The notes beneath the pieces were generated by a model. It did not search any database and was not told the DNA's origin. It worked only from the letters and a program-made list of their open reading frames with translations. The position numbers and the translations under genes were made by a program. 64,000 bases of DNA from Marsupella aquatica (taxonomy: Eukaryota > Plantae > Marchantiophyta): NCBI GenBank assembly GCA_973895155.1, contig OZ316894.1, positions 18,638,805 through 18,702,804 on the forward strand, read 5' to 3'. Positions within the stretch are counted from its first letter, which is position 1. Each line of letters begins with the position of its first letter. Positions 51,948-64,000 of this stretch are shown here, piece after piece.

Positions 51948-53472
51948 CCATCTGAGCTTCGAATGCACAAGATGATGAGAATGGTATATTAGACAAGTTA
52001 AGAGCAAAACTGAGGCCTCACGACGACGCTGCTTGGGATGCACACGGTCCTTGACTATTGTTTTTTCAGAGAGGATGTCGTCACAAAGTACCTGAGACAT
52101 TTCAGCTTTCTCTGGAGGCTGAGGTGAGGAGAAATACTAATTTAGTTCACACAGAATCTGCATTTCAAGAGAAATCGAGTTTACTGATATTGCATAAACC
52201 TTGCCATGAAACTTCAATGTTTCGCAAAACCTCGTAAGCATCGTGTAGAATAGACCTGCCTGATGAAATTGCTAGTGATACTAGCAAATCCAAGGCTGCT
52301 TCAAAGTTCTAAGCAAGTCGGGGTGATATGAGACAGATCGTTACTCGCTAAACTGCCAACAGCAGAGAGCACTAAAGCTTGCCAATCCTGCCCAGTATCT
52401 GATTGAGCACGTACAGAATACCTGAGGGATATGACTGCGATGAAATATGATCATATGATCTGCCATTTCTAGTGCTTCATCCTGATTATACAACAAGCCA
52501 AACAGGTCCCGATCAGTGTCTGCCTCCTGGCCCTCATCGTTCTGGCCGTGGCCATGAACGGAGAAGAAGAGTGAGCCTTTACGCAGTGCCCGGGAGAGTA
52601 TTGTGAGCATGCTTACAATCGGAGATCAGCAGCTCTAGACGGCAAGCAGTACAGCGCCGTTTGTCCAGAAAAGTTTTTGCACGATGCTGTGGTTATCAGG
52701 GAAATCGTGCCCACAAACTGTACTCTGTTTCATTGCAATGGCTTCAGGTGGAATTTTTCATTTTTCGTCTGTGCTGCTCCGCAGAGGGCACTGATGGTTG
52801 GTCAGAAGCTCGGAGAAATCCGATGCTTCTCTCGTTATTAGGCGGTCAATGCCGTGGACACCCCAGTGCAAAAAGTGGAATCATTACAGTGGAGGCCATT
52901 GGGTTGCCGTAAAGGTCGACATAAGCGACAAAGTGCAGTTTACTGAGTTAATTAATCATGTCTCGCTTTTACTCCCCTTCGCAGGAGTGATGAGAATCCT
53001 TTCTCCCGAAAACTGCTCTCCAATCCAATCTTGCCAGATGAGATATACCCTTATCGTAATCTCCAATCCTGGCCCTCCCATGCCTCGCCGTGTGCCGTCC
53101 CCTCTCTTCCCTGCCAAACGAGGGAAATCGTGCCTGGCCAGTGGCCACCGTAAATTGAAACCACACGAAAATCGACCGCCTCATTCGGTTGCTTCGGCGC
53201 GAAAGGCATCCGTCGTAGCATTGAAGTACTGTGCTGCTGTAATTGGATATTTGGAGCTGCATGCTTTCTTCAAGCGTAGCAGGGCACACAGAGAATTCCT
53301 CTGCTTGGAGCCCCCTGTTTTCTTTCACTTGAGCAGAACCCCGCAGGAGTAGAGAGAAGACCTCGTTTCAATTGAAGTTGCTTCTCTGTTTGGGGCTGCA
53401 TGGTTTCTTTCATTTGATTGGGAACCACGAGTAGTGACGTGCTTCCGGTGCCAGCTAACGAGGTTAGAGACA

Positions 53473-55729
53473 ATGCAGACCATTAGCAGCAGCTCAGCAG
53501 CACTGGGATCCATGGCTGTTGTTTTAGGAGGAGCAGCATTGCCCAGTCGTCCCGTTTACGAGAAAGCCTTTGTATCTGGCACCTCTTTGCTGCCGCCGAC
53601 GACGACTCTCACGCAGAAGAAACTATCTCTGAGAGGAAACAGCAAGTCGAAATTTGTTTCCGCCTCAAATGAGAGTAGGCCAAATGTGAATTGTGCGAGA
53701 GTTGCCTCCTCTGCAGCTGGGCTCTTGGGTACCTCGCTTGCGACGGTGTTTTCGAGTGTGGGGGCAGTACAAGCTCTCACAAAGGATGATGTTGACGATG
53801 CTTATGTCAAAGTAGAACAGTTCACGACACAGGCGACGACCACAGCTGGGAATGTCTTCGAAACTGCGAAGAGCCTCTTCGACAAGGTAAGTGGTCTCTC
53901 TCTCACCCTTCTCCTCCCCTTGGTGTGTGTCTGTGGCGTAATCTCACCAAATCTCTCCTTAACACTCCACAAGTAACAGAACCTAGTCAAAGATACTCAA
54001 CTTCCACAGAATTGACCAAAAATGAAACTGAGAGAAGGGAGAGAGGTGAAGCGTATTTGTGGCGGGTGGAGGCTTGTCATACCGGTGTGGTCAGTCTCGC
54101 CAACGACTCGAATCCCCTCCTCCATGACTTTCAATAACGAAAGCAGACCCAACTTCAACAGAAACTCCAGAAAGGGAAACAGAGGATCGTGACAGAAAAA
54201 GCAAGAGATGTCGAGGATATGTCGTTTTACTATCTCTACATAGACTACCCTGGAACTTGCGTCCTTTCCTCTAGTCAGGGCCATCTTCTGCCCAATGACC
54301 GGGATCAAGTGGAGGAATCTCAAGAGGACCTACTGTTGTCATCGTCTATATATGTTTCTCTCTTTTCCGAGAGTCGCATGGGGCGACCATGAATATTACA
54401 TATATGCACCCTTGCTCAGCAGAGCCGATCTCTCGTGCAGTTGTTGAAAGAATGGGATCTCAAAGGTTTTTATGCTGGTCAGCTCTCCACACCTTATTAT
54501 GGTTCTAGTAATGGAAGATTATCGGAGTTTTTCCTTCTTGGCTGCTCTGAAATTTCGACCTATCGTGGCTCGTTCAATCATGCCATTCGGGGCATCGGTA
54601 CAAGAATCCAGATTTACTAGTTGCTAAGACAATCATTTATGTTTACTTGGAGGAATTCCTTGCTGGCACACTGCGTTCTGCAAGATTCGAATGTCGCTAA
54701 TGTGCTTAAAGACAGCTATATTCGCTGCCAAATGTTGAATTGCTAATGCATGGCTGATGGCAAGTCTTCGGAAATTGCCTATTTGGTTATATGAACCGTG
54801 AGGGATTTGTTGGCAATGGGACGTGATTGCAGGTTTTCACGACAGTGAAGCCAGGATTGGATGTAGCTGCTCCGATCGTTCAACAGACCACGGATAGTGT
54901 GACCAAGTTTGCTGGGCCTCTTGCATCTGATCTTGCAGAGGAAGCTCAAAAGGCCTTGAAGAGTGCAGGGGTGAACACTGAGCCAGGAGTAGAATTCGCA
55001 AAAAGCGCCGTGGAGCAAACTTCCAAAGTATTGGAAGGGGCCCAACCTATAGGTTCATCTGTCCTGGAATCTGCATTGGCTGCTGACCCCCTGTTCCTTG
55101 CAGAAGCAGCAGGAGGTCTCGTTTTGTTTTACTTCTTGGCACCTCCACTGGTCTCAACTATCGCCAACAGTGCAAGGGGATATGCAGGAGATCTGGGAGC
55201 TGCGGAGGCTCTGGATCTCTTACTCAAGCAGGACTACTCGTTGATTGACATTCGGACAGAGAAAGAGAAAGAGAAACTGGGGGTGCCCAGCTTGCCGAGC
55301 AACGCCAAGAACAAGTATGTGGCAATTCCTTTAGAAGAGTTTCCAGGAAAGATGAAGTCTCAGCTCCGAAACTCACGCAAAGTAGAAGCAGAAGTAGTTG
55401 CTATCAAGGTTGCCTCTCTTAAGAGACTCAACAAAGGTTCAAAAATCATCCTCATCGACGAATCAGGAGGCGTAGCCAAAACTGTCGCTCGTGTCCTCAA
55501 GAGTCAGGGCTTTAAGAATAGTTACGTGATCACTGATGGATTCAAGGGAGGTAAAGGATGGATCCAGAGCCGTCTAGGAACAGATAATTATAGCAGCACA
55601 GGATTGTCTTTCTCTGAGGTGCTTTCCCCATCAAGGATCATACCTGCAGGTACGAAGAGGTTTGGTACGCAATCCGGATCATCCACTGGACGCTTCAAGC
55701 TTCTCCCGGGTGGTGTTGTTGACGAGTAG
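53473..55729 (+). CDS. CAS: Chloroplast calcium-sensing receptor (rhodanese-like domain); exons 53473-53886 and 54833-55729
   Basis: Transit peptide-like N-terminus, one TM segment, and RGYAGDL, LIDIRTEKEKEKLGVPSLPSNAKNK, KVEAEVVAIKVASLKRLNKGSKII, GFKGGKGWIQSRLGTDNY and EVLSPSRIIPA. The intron is phase 0, GT-AG. Confidence 0.93.
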
Positions 55730-57323
55730 GGACCGATTTTACTCAGCCCTGCCATCCTGGTGGGCAGTGTTTTCCTTGAGGAAGACCTCTGCTTTCGTAA
55801 CTGTAGATTAAATTGCGGGGGCCAGTTTTATAACATCTCTTAGAAGCAATTCATTACCTCCATTCTAGACCCAAGGAGGAATAATGTAGTATGTTTGTAT
55901 AGCTGTCAAGGAAGTCTTGGGCATGTTTTAGCGGGTCCTGAGGTTAGGTCTGAATGTGAGTCTGAACGAGAATCGTAACCAGAGCTGATAACTCGCTGTA
56001 TCTTATCAATGATGGCGGATCCCAACAACTTCATGATTTTGAGTGGTGCTGTGCAGTTTCTTTCTGCGCACTGGAAATGTCAGATTTGAAAACTTAGCTA
56101 AGTCGTCTCTGAGAGACGGACTTTGTCCATTTGTATTACGATGTGCATTGGTAAACGAGTGGACTATTCGAGGAGTGTTCACATCAGAGCTTGTCGTTCA
56201 GTTCAACCGTGTAAAATTCGTTTCGAAAGCAAAATTTTCACGAAGGGATGTTAGATTTTCAATTTCTGGATTCCTACTGTGCCGAGCGCAGGATTGGTTA
56301 CATTGCTTGCGGCCTTCGTCTCTTCTGCTGATGTCGGAGTCGTTAATCAATGTTCATGATGGACTTTGAATATGTTTTTGCGTCTCTATGCTGAGTTTGG
56401 CCTTTCTAATTCTCATTCCTTCTGGGTTAATGTCTCGGGATGAAATTTTCATGGAGGGATTACATTATAATATTCTGACAATGGATTTGCAGTTTACGAA
56501 TTGCACTAAGATAATCTTTTATCCGATTGCATCTCCCCCATCAAAAACGGTCATAGCCTTCAGACAGCTTATTATGCACACAATGAGGAGTCTGAACACC
56601 GATTGCTCCAAAGGGATTTGATGCCCCATGGGATATTGTCGGCTAGTGTTTCCTTTATTTCATTCCTGCACTCTCACGAGTGTTCGCATTCGGTCTCCTC
56701 TTAGATTTGTGCTCCGACTTTCGATGGAGGTTTCAACCCTTGCTAAGATTATGCCGTCTTGACTCCACTCTGCTAGACGGACGTTCAGTGGTTGCTAGTG
56801 GCCATCCTCTTATAAGGAGACGTCATTGGAATACTTTGTGGTCATCTGGTTGTCTTCTAAATTAGAGTTCCCGTCAATTCTTCCTTATTCATGTAGCTCA
56901 TGTATAACACTTGGTGGGAAGTATCATTAGAAGACTTTCAAGGCCTTATAGTAACTTGAATCCCAATGTTTAGATCTGACTTCCTCCAGTTGACTTCCTC
57001 CTGTGGTCTCCTCTCACGTAATCTTCGCTGACACCCTAAAATTTGAAGGGATGAAAAAACTGTCTTTACTAAGGACGTCTTTCAGTTTCAGAATTGGTGG
57101 AGGTTATGTCTGAAAGAAGTATGGCTACAGAACTATGAAGGCCGTGCTTCCCATCTTGGGACCTGTTTTCTGAATGTGCCAACTTGATATATGCCAAGGC
57201 TGATTTGGTTCCAAATGAGAAATGAGATTACCCTCCCCCTTCACTGACTTGCAAACTCAGTGAGTGAGATTACCCTCTCCCACTTGCAAACTCACACCTG
57301 CACGTTGAAATGTACGAAAAATC

Positions 57324-60300
57324 TCACTTCTTACTTTCGACTAGCTCTAGTCTATCATTAAGCGTGATTATGGCATTGGCCTGGACAGTATTCCATTTCA
57401 TCACTTCTTTAAGGAGTTCTTTGAGCCTCTTGTTGTCTTCCACCAGTTTCGACAACATATTGCTCTCATTCTTTAAAGTAGGTATTAAAGTGGTACTACC
57501 AGAGGCAGCAGCCTCGTCACCCAAAGACTGACTTGTGCAATCTAGATTTGATCCTTTGGACTCTGGACATGTTAATTCCTTGATGTCTGGGTACTGTTCT
57601 TGATATGGGGAGACCAATTTGGTCCCCACATCAACATTTTGATCAGTACGTCTGGCATATTGTACTTTGTCACTCTCAACTGTTTTAAAGCTCTTGCAAC
57701 TACCATCGTCCCTTACAGCTTCCACCTCGTGTTCGAAATTTGGTTGTGAAGTGATGGTTGTAACATGGTGAGGTCGAAATTCAGTGCTCGTGTAATCTCT
57801 CCAAGCTTCGTCCTTCCATTGTCCAGCCTGAAAGCCTAATTTTTCTCCCCCTTTCCGCTCACTAAATACGTCATCGAGCTCCCTAACAAGCCTATTCAAC
57901 GCATATGGCTGATGCTGCACCTGTTCATGAATATCCAATTCCCAAGGCTCTCCAACGCAATCAGCTGGATATGCTGGACAGTTGCTGCACGAACTGATGG
58001 TTTCCAAATCATCAAATCTACAGGGGTCATATTCATTCCCAGGCCCATCAAGCTGCTGACGTATATTGCCATTAAGTATGCTTGTGGGCGTAACAAGTAC
58101 CGGTGAATGTTCGAAACTGTCCTGTAAACTTGATTGCCCAACCTCAACTGCTTCAAGTCCAGGGAATTCAAGTTTGTCTAATTTCTCTCCGTCTTCAGTC
58201 AAGGTAACGACACTGCATGGATCACCCTCTTTAGCACCTAAACCATTTGGCATATCCTCTGAAGTACGCATCCTAATTCCTTCACTACTTCTAGGTGATG
58301 AGTCAATATCCTCGTATCCACCGAACGTTCGAAAGGTACCGTTGGAGGAACGATTAAGCTGTGACGCAGCAATAGGATAATCAATCTCTCTGTCTCCCTG
58401 ATCACTAGCAAGCAGTGGTTCAATGGTACCTTCTCTGGCGTCTGTGGCTGAGACATATTCTGCATGAGATGTACAGGCTTCAAGTTTTGGCTGAACAGGC
58501 CTTAGGTGCTCGTTATAAAGATCCTTACGGATGACTTCCTCCGCTGGGATGTCGACATCCTCATCTTTTGCAGGGGTAGGTTCAAACATAACAACCGGAG
58601 TGTTCTTGATGCCAGTGCAGCGTTTATTGATCTCAGTGCGATTGTTACAACGGAGATCAGCAGGAAACTCCTCTTCCCACTTCTCTCTCAGTGAGTAATC
58701 AGGGTGCAAAAGTTGAGGGTGCCTAATCTCAAGATCCTGGCCAGTCTCCCTGCCAATGTAGCTCTTCTGAACCTCAATCGAACTGTCACGATGGAGGTCA
58801 CCAGGAAACTCAGGGTCCCACGTCTCGGTCAGTGAGTAATCAGACTGCGCAGGTGTCTGAGGCCGCGCATGTGTTCGAGGATATCGAATTTCACAATCCT
58901 CGACCAAATTTTCCTGGACTTCGCGAATCTTGTCATGTCTGCCATTTGCGTAAGGATCTAGGCTTCTTTGCTTATTGATAGAGACCGTACATTGGGAATC
59001 GTCCTTCTTTTGGCAATTTCCAGTGGGCTCCCAAGATAAGACACCAGGTGAATGATGCATATCTTCCCTCAATGAATCAACACAAGTGGAGTTGCAAGGG
59101 CTACTACTGTTCACTGGTGGTGCATTAGGAGTTTCATCATCATTGGAAAGATGCTCCTTCCTGTCACGTCTGTTACCAAAGCTCACACTGCCAAATCTAA
59201 CTCTCAGCGATTTCTTCTTTCTCTCCTGGGGCATACATATGTTCAAATTTCCCGTGGATGCTACACACTTCTTCAATTCAGTGACGTTGTCAAGTTGATT
59301 CTCTTCGCTATTCTTCTTCTCAACTCTCACTTTCTCAAATTGTGCATCCCTTGGAGACCATAGCACAAAGTTTCTTCCTCTAGAACCGTGGGGTTGGACA
59401 GAGTACGAAGGAACCTCACTGATCTTACTTTGACCATTATTCTCAAGCCCAGAAGTAACATCAACCTTGCCCTCCTCCTTCCAGTTTCCACTATGTCGAG
59501 TGCTGCAAGCCTTCGAGTCACTGTCTGACAAGTTTTCAATATAATTGGGTTCTTGAACTACGATATTTCTGATTGTCTTACTTGGTTTCAGATTGCTGCT
59601 GCTCTGAGCAGCCTTGGTCCCTGGCCGAGTAAGATCAAATAGCACGCCATGTTTGCTGTTTCGGCAGAGGAAACCATCCACCTCTTCCTGAAACTTGATC
59701 ACATCTCGTGCCACATTCTTCCGAAACTCACGGACCACAACAGGTACACCCTGCACAAATCAAGCATTCGAGATTGACCTTCGCAAGTCTTAAACAGCTT
59801 GAGATTTTCTCGGACAGTCGTGAGTTTCTTCTCGTTTTCAGCATCATGTAAAAGATGCAAAAACAATTGGATGCTACGAAGGTAATGTACCTGGAGGCTA
59901 TCAAGTTGTAAGAGCAAATCCATCACACTCTCCGTCATTGTCACCCTCTCAGTGAGGTCAGTGGGGAACCATGCTGCGATTTTCCAGGCATCGAATTGCT
60001 GCCTCAACTCTTCCAGCTTTTCTTTCACACTGCTGATGACAACCATATACTTGAGGGGCTGTCCTTTGCGCACTTTGTAGCCCCTATACGTCGACTGAAG
60101 AACTGTTGCAGCCTTCACAAATTCCGACCGTTTCTTCCTGTAATCGAATCGCAGAGCACGACTGATACGCGGAGGCGGAGCTCCGGCACGCTCTGCTGCC
60201 ATCAGGCTCGGCATCGCCTTCCCTCCTGGTGGCTCCCTGCTCCTGACTTCGAAAGATTTTTTCTCCGAGGAGGTGGACATTGCCTCAGACGTCCGTTCCG

Positions 60301-60991
60301 CCACAGTCCCTTGGAAGTGACCAATTTCGATCACCTTATCCGCGAATTTGACCTCTTTGACAATCCCCCCGGTTGAGAAAAGAGGGCGGTGGTCCTCCTG
60401 ATGCTGCTGCGTCTTGCGAGCATGTTGATGAGGACGGCGGTCCTCCTCTTTGGTGTGTGAACACAATACTTCCCTCATTGGTGGTGCTCGGGAGGCTGGT
60501 GGAGAGGCGGCACTGGCAGAACCCACTAAAGGTACGGGGAGAGCTTCGCAGGCAGCATCCAAGTGCTCGATGAAGGTGTCAATTTTCGAGTAACGAGGGG
60601 TACCGTGTGTACAGCTAGTGCCACGGGGTTTGAAGGTTCTGCAGGACGGCCTTGTCGACGTTGCATTTGCGCTCGCGGGTGATGGTGTTGGTGCTGGAGG
60701 GGTTGGGGTGGCGGCGGCTCCCCTTGGATTGTCATAATTATCCAGTATCATGTCGCTGCTGCTCATCATGATGAAAGGAGTTGTTGTCGAGGTTGGAGTG
60801 CCAGGAGGTGTGGTCTTCCAAAACCCAAACTCTGTGTTGATTCTCGTGAATGGGGACATCTTCTCTGGACCTGCTCCTCCGTCATCGTGCCTCCTGCTTG
60901 TCTTCATGAGCTGTTCTGATTTCCAAAAACCAGGCATAGATAGATAGCCTCGAGCCCCGAATTCTGTGTTAATACTCTTGAATGGGGACAT
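57324..60991 (-). CDS. IQ-motif + BAG-domain co-chaperone (BAG5/BAG6-like) with long low-complexity regions and a C-terminal coiled coil; exons 60991-59891 and 59750-57324 (~1175 aa)
   Basis: IQ motif AATVLQSTYRGYKVRK followed by BAG helices ESVMDLLLQLDSLQ|GVPVVVREFRKNVARDVIKFQEEVD across a phase-0 GT-AG intron. C-terminal LVEDNKRLKELLKEV coil. Confidence 0.85.
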
Positions 60992-61056
60992 CTTTTCTGG
61001 CCCTCCTCCTTCGTCATCTTGTCTCCTGCTTGTCGTAGTTCATGAGCTGTTCTGAT
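60825..61056. repeat. ~100 bp diverged direct duplication (period ~132 bp) spanning the BAG gene start
   Basis: The minus-strand block TCAGAACAGCTCATGAA...AAGATGTCCCCATTCA.GAG.AT.AACACAGA.TT.GGG occurs at ~61056-60957 and ~60921-60825. Confidence 0.8.
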
Positions 61057-64000
61057 TCTGCACCCGTATGCGCGCCCTTCCACGTTTACCACTGAGCGTC
61101 AATCGCAATTCCTATGAAGAGATGGGAGTAAAGGTAGACGAGAGGACGAAGGCAAGCCCGGGACCAATTAAGAGTGGTCACGGAATGAATTGGTCGGGGA
61201 AAGGGATTTTCCTCTCAAGAGTGCAGCCACTGACACTGTGGGGCGTTGAATGAAGAATACCACAAGTAAATGAATCAAATGAACGCATTTTACGTCAGGA
61301 AAGGATCGATCGAGAAGCTAAGTGAAGCATGCGAATGAGACGATACTAATGATTGAATTTTCTCATTCCACGATCTGCCCGGAGGTGAACGCAGTAGTAG
61401 GGATCACAAACTTTCAGACCTTTCTTTGTACTTTGGAATGGTTCGTCCTTTTGTCTTTCTGATCGAAGCGGCACATCAGCTCCAATCTCCCGGCAGGATT
61501 TGGCAGAGCATAGTAGTGCCATTGCATGATCAGGAAGTCGGTCGTCGACTGCTCGACCAAGGGAGCGGCCTACTGGTTGGGAAAGTTTGGAACGATTGCC
61601 ATATCCAAGTTTGTGTCGTGAAAGTCAATTGTTGGCGTTGCGCAGAAGGCTAGATCGTTCATGTGGAGCAGCACGTACTTGCAGCGAAGCGGTGCGTCCG
61701 TCGAGGCACAATTGAGGAAGGGCTGCTGTGGCGGCCATGATGAATCAATCGATGGACCGAATGATTGATTGATTATTTCCCTGTCCACAAATGATGGACC
61801 TTTCTCTTTCTATCAGTGGATTCACTCAGGGGATATAGGCATTGCATTCGGGCAAGAAAGTTTGCGAGCAAGACGTACCTGAACTCCCTCCGGAGTGGGC
61901 TCGAGTAGGAGTCAAAATTGAGCATCGCAAGAACTCACTTCTCCCATTAAAGTTTGGGCAAGAGAATTTCCTTTGCAGTACTGTATAGCAAATAAACGTC
62001 GTGAGATGACTCTACTCGAATTGATCCAACCTTGAGGCATTGGGTCCGTGGGACAGCCGTGAGGTCGACTTCGAGACCAAACCTCGATACGATGAGTCCA
62101 AGACTAGTAAAACATTTGCTCACTTAACGCAGGCAGTATTGACATATTATTGTGCACAGGCTCTGCAGATTAGTTCAGGCAATACAGCATTGTTTCTGTC
62201 AAGACTCACAATTTTGCGTGATGTCTAACAAACTTAGGCTTCGTCGGTTGGCATGAGGACCGTGTAATGTAAGCCCGCGACAGGTCTCACATCCAGAAAG
62301 CACTCTTAAACTTTGGCAATCACATGACACACTTCACCAGCTCGAATTGTCCACGCACAATATGTCGAATTAGTTGAAAATACCTACTTTTCTGGCACAA
62401 TTTGAATCAATCTTCTGTTCGTGAATGCGACAGACAGATGCTGAAATTCCATAAATATGGTTGATTACATCTCAACGAGTCTAACTGTTGGGGTCTACTG
62501 AGCACGCTGGATCTTCCTCGTCTCTGTAGTGATGATTCATGGTCCCGCTTTCTTCTTCTTTATAATATGGTGAAAACGAGATCAATTAAGCGGTTGAACG
62601 AAAACCTGGGAGATTCAACCATTCGATGGTGATCTCCATTGACGCATCTTACGTTGTATGTTGCAGTTTTCCATTTAGTCTGCGTTCGGATTCTAAAGTA
62701 GCACGATCAAATTCAAACACTTCACCTAATTGAGCATGTGTGCGTATTTCTTCACCTGACTACAAACAGTATCCTTTCCTCTGATCTGTTTATTACAAAA
62801 AGTTCCCATATCTGGAGCTTGACTGCTAATTCATCTTATTTAAGTGCCTGGATAATCGATGGAGATCAACTTCTCTTCGGAATGAAATCAGCCCGGCCGT
62901 CCTACTGTACATGATTTCTACTTTCTCCAATACCTCGGGACACGTCAGAGGACAAGGAAGGTGTCCCGACTCAAACTAGTTAGCTCGATATACATTTAGT
63001 TGGTCATGGATTCAGTCATAGATCGAGTCTACACACATCGGCTGAAAGTTCCGGTGCCCTTTCTGGAAATGCCTTCCATGGATTTTGGTGAGAAATTGAC
63101 AGAGTTCTGGTCTCCCTCAGTCCTGCAGTCGAGTCCTGAAGAACTTGGGGCAAAATTTCAAGAATCCGTTCCAACAAGAAAAGTGAACTTGCATATCAAA
63201 ACCTCCACAAAATCCTGCGAGGGTTGCTCACCTATCGCTCCTGACGTTTGTATTTTTCAGCGAGTTAAAACTCTTTCGAAGCAAACATTCGTCAAATATC
63301 TGTATCCCATACAGCTCTCACTCCAACGACGAAACGCTAAGACGGGCCCAACAGCAAGTGACTCGCACGGTAGCAACTGAACCCTGGACACGACTCGGCT
63401 AGTTACTACACTTCACGATTAATCGAATTACCTTCCCATTGTATTGACAAACCTGACACAACCGAGTCATCAAATTCTTGCTACGTATCTTCCTAGAACA
63501 CAATCACGAACCATCCCTTCGCCATCTTTCCTCTGAAGACTTTTCGCTGAGAATATTCGGGTGCAGGCATTTTGCTTTTCCACCAACATACCGTGAAATA
63601 AAATACATCTCACACGAAACAGTACAACGAAAAGGTAGCCTAACAAATAGATCCGACCCAATAAATTGCTGTATGAGGAGAGCTGAAGGTGTAAAATGGA
63701 GTCCCAAGAAATTACTTGGGACAACGAACAGGAACCCTGACAGACTATACAAATCCCTTGGGCATATGACCTCCACGGGGTTATCTGACAAATGGCTCCT
63801 ATCGTGCGGTAAAGATGATTCAGGGAAGGGGTGTATCTAATCATCAAGAACCCCACCCTGGCTGAAAAGTCGACTGATTCTACTGTGGCCGTCAGAAGAA
63901 GTGACCATTCATTAAATGGTTTCTACTAACCAAATGAATTGTGCTATGCTACAAAGCCTCTCCTGAGTGAGCAATTTTATGACCTTCCAAGCCAATTCCG

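Noticed and set aside
51484-51996. Pro/Arg/Gly-rich ORFs of 160-170 aa
   Set aside because: They are artefacts of the stop-poor GC-rich MITE interior.
52798-53352. 184-aa ORF upstream of CAS
   Set aside because: Non-ATG start, no recognisable domain, and it overlaps the likely CAS promoter/5' UTR.
61100-64000. Short ORFs including 63000-63380 and 63478-63840
   Set aside because: No recognisable homology or splice-supported model.

Overview
Eukaryotic nuclear DNA from an intron-containing land plant. A bryophyte, possibly a Marchantia-like liverwort, is suggested by gene style but is an inference only. I assembled nine protein-coding gene models by hand from the ORF track plus GT-AG junctions. 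They are: a Mic10-domain protein with a long N-terminal extension, a 4x C2H2 zinc-finger/PARP-fold protein, an intronless F-box protein, an MRS2/MGT Mg transporter, an ankyrin-repeat ILK-type (pseudo)kinase, a divergent IGPS (TrpC)-like plastid protein, RPS15, CAS and an IQ+BAG protein. Also present are an intron-bearing Rossmann-fold pseudogene, a Ty3/Gypsy chromodomain remnant, several MITE/foldback elements, a tRNA-derived head and many short tandem arrays. The best lead is the zinc-finger/PARP gene, which keeps the PARP1-type catalytic residues. Other leads are three genes with altered hallmark motifs (kinase catalytic motifs, IGPS active site, MRS2 GMN to SMN). No CRISPR array or rRNA was seen. 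Bases 1-3200 and 61100-64000 could not be assigned.
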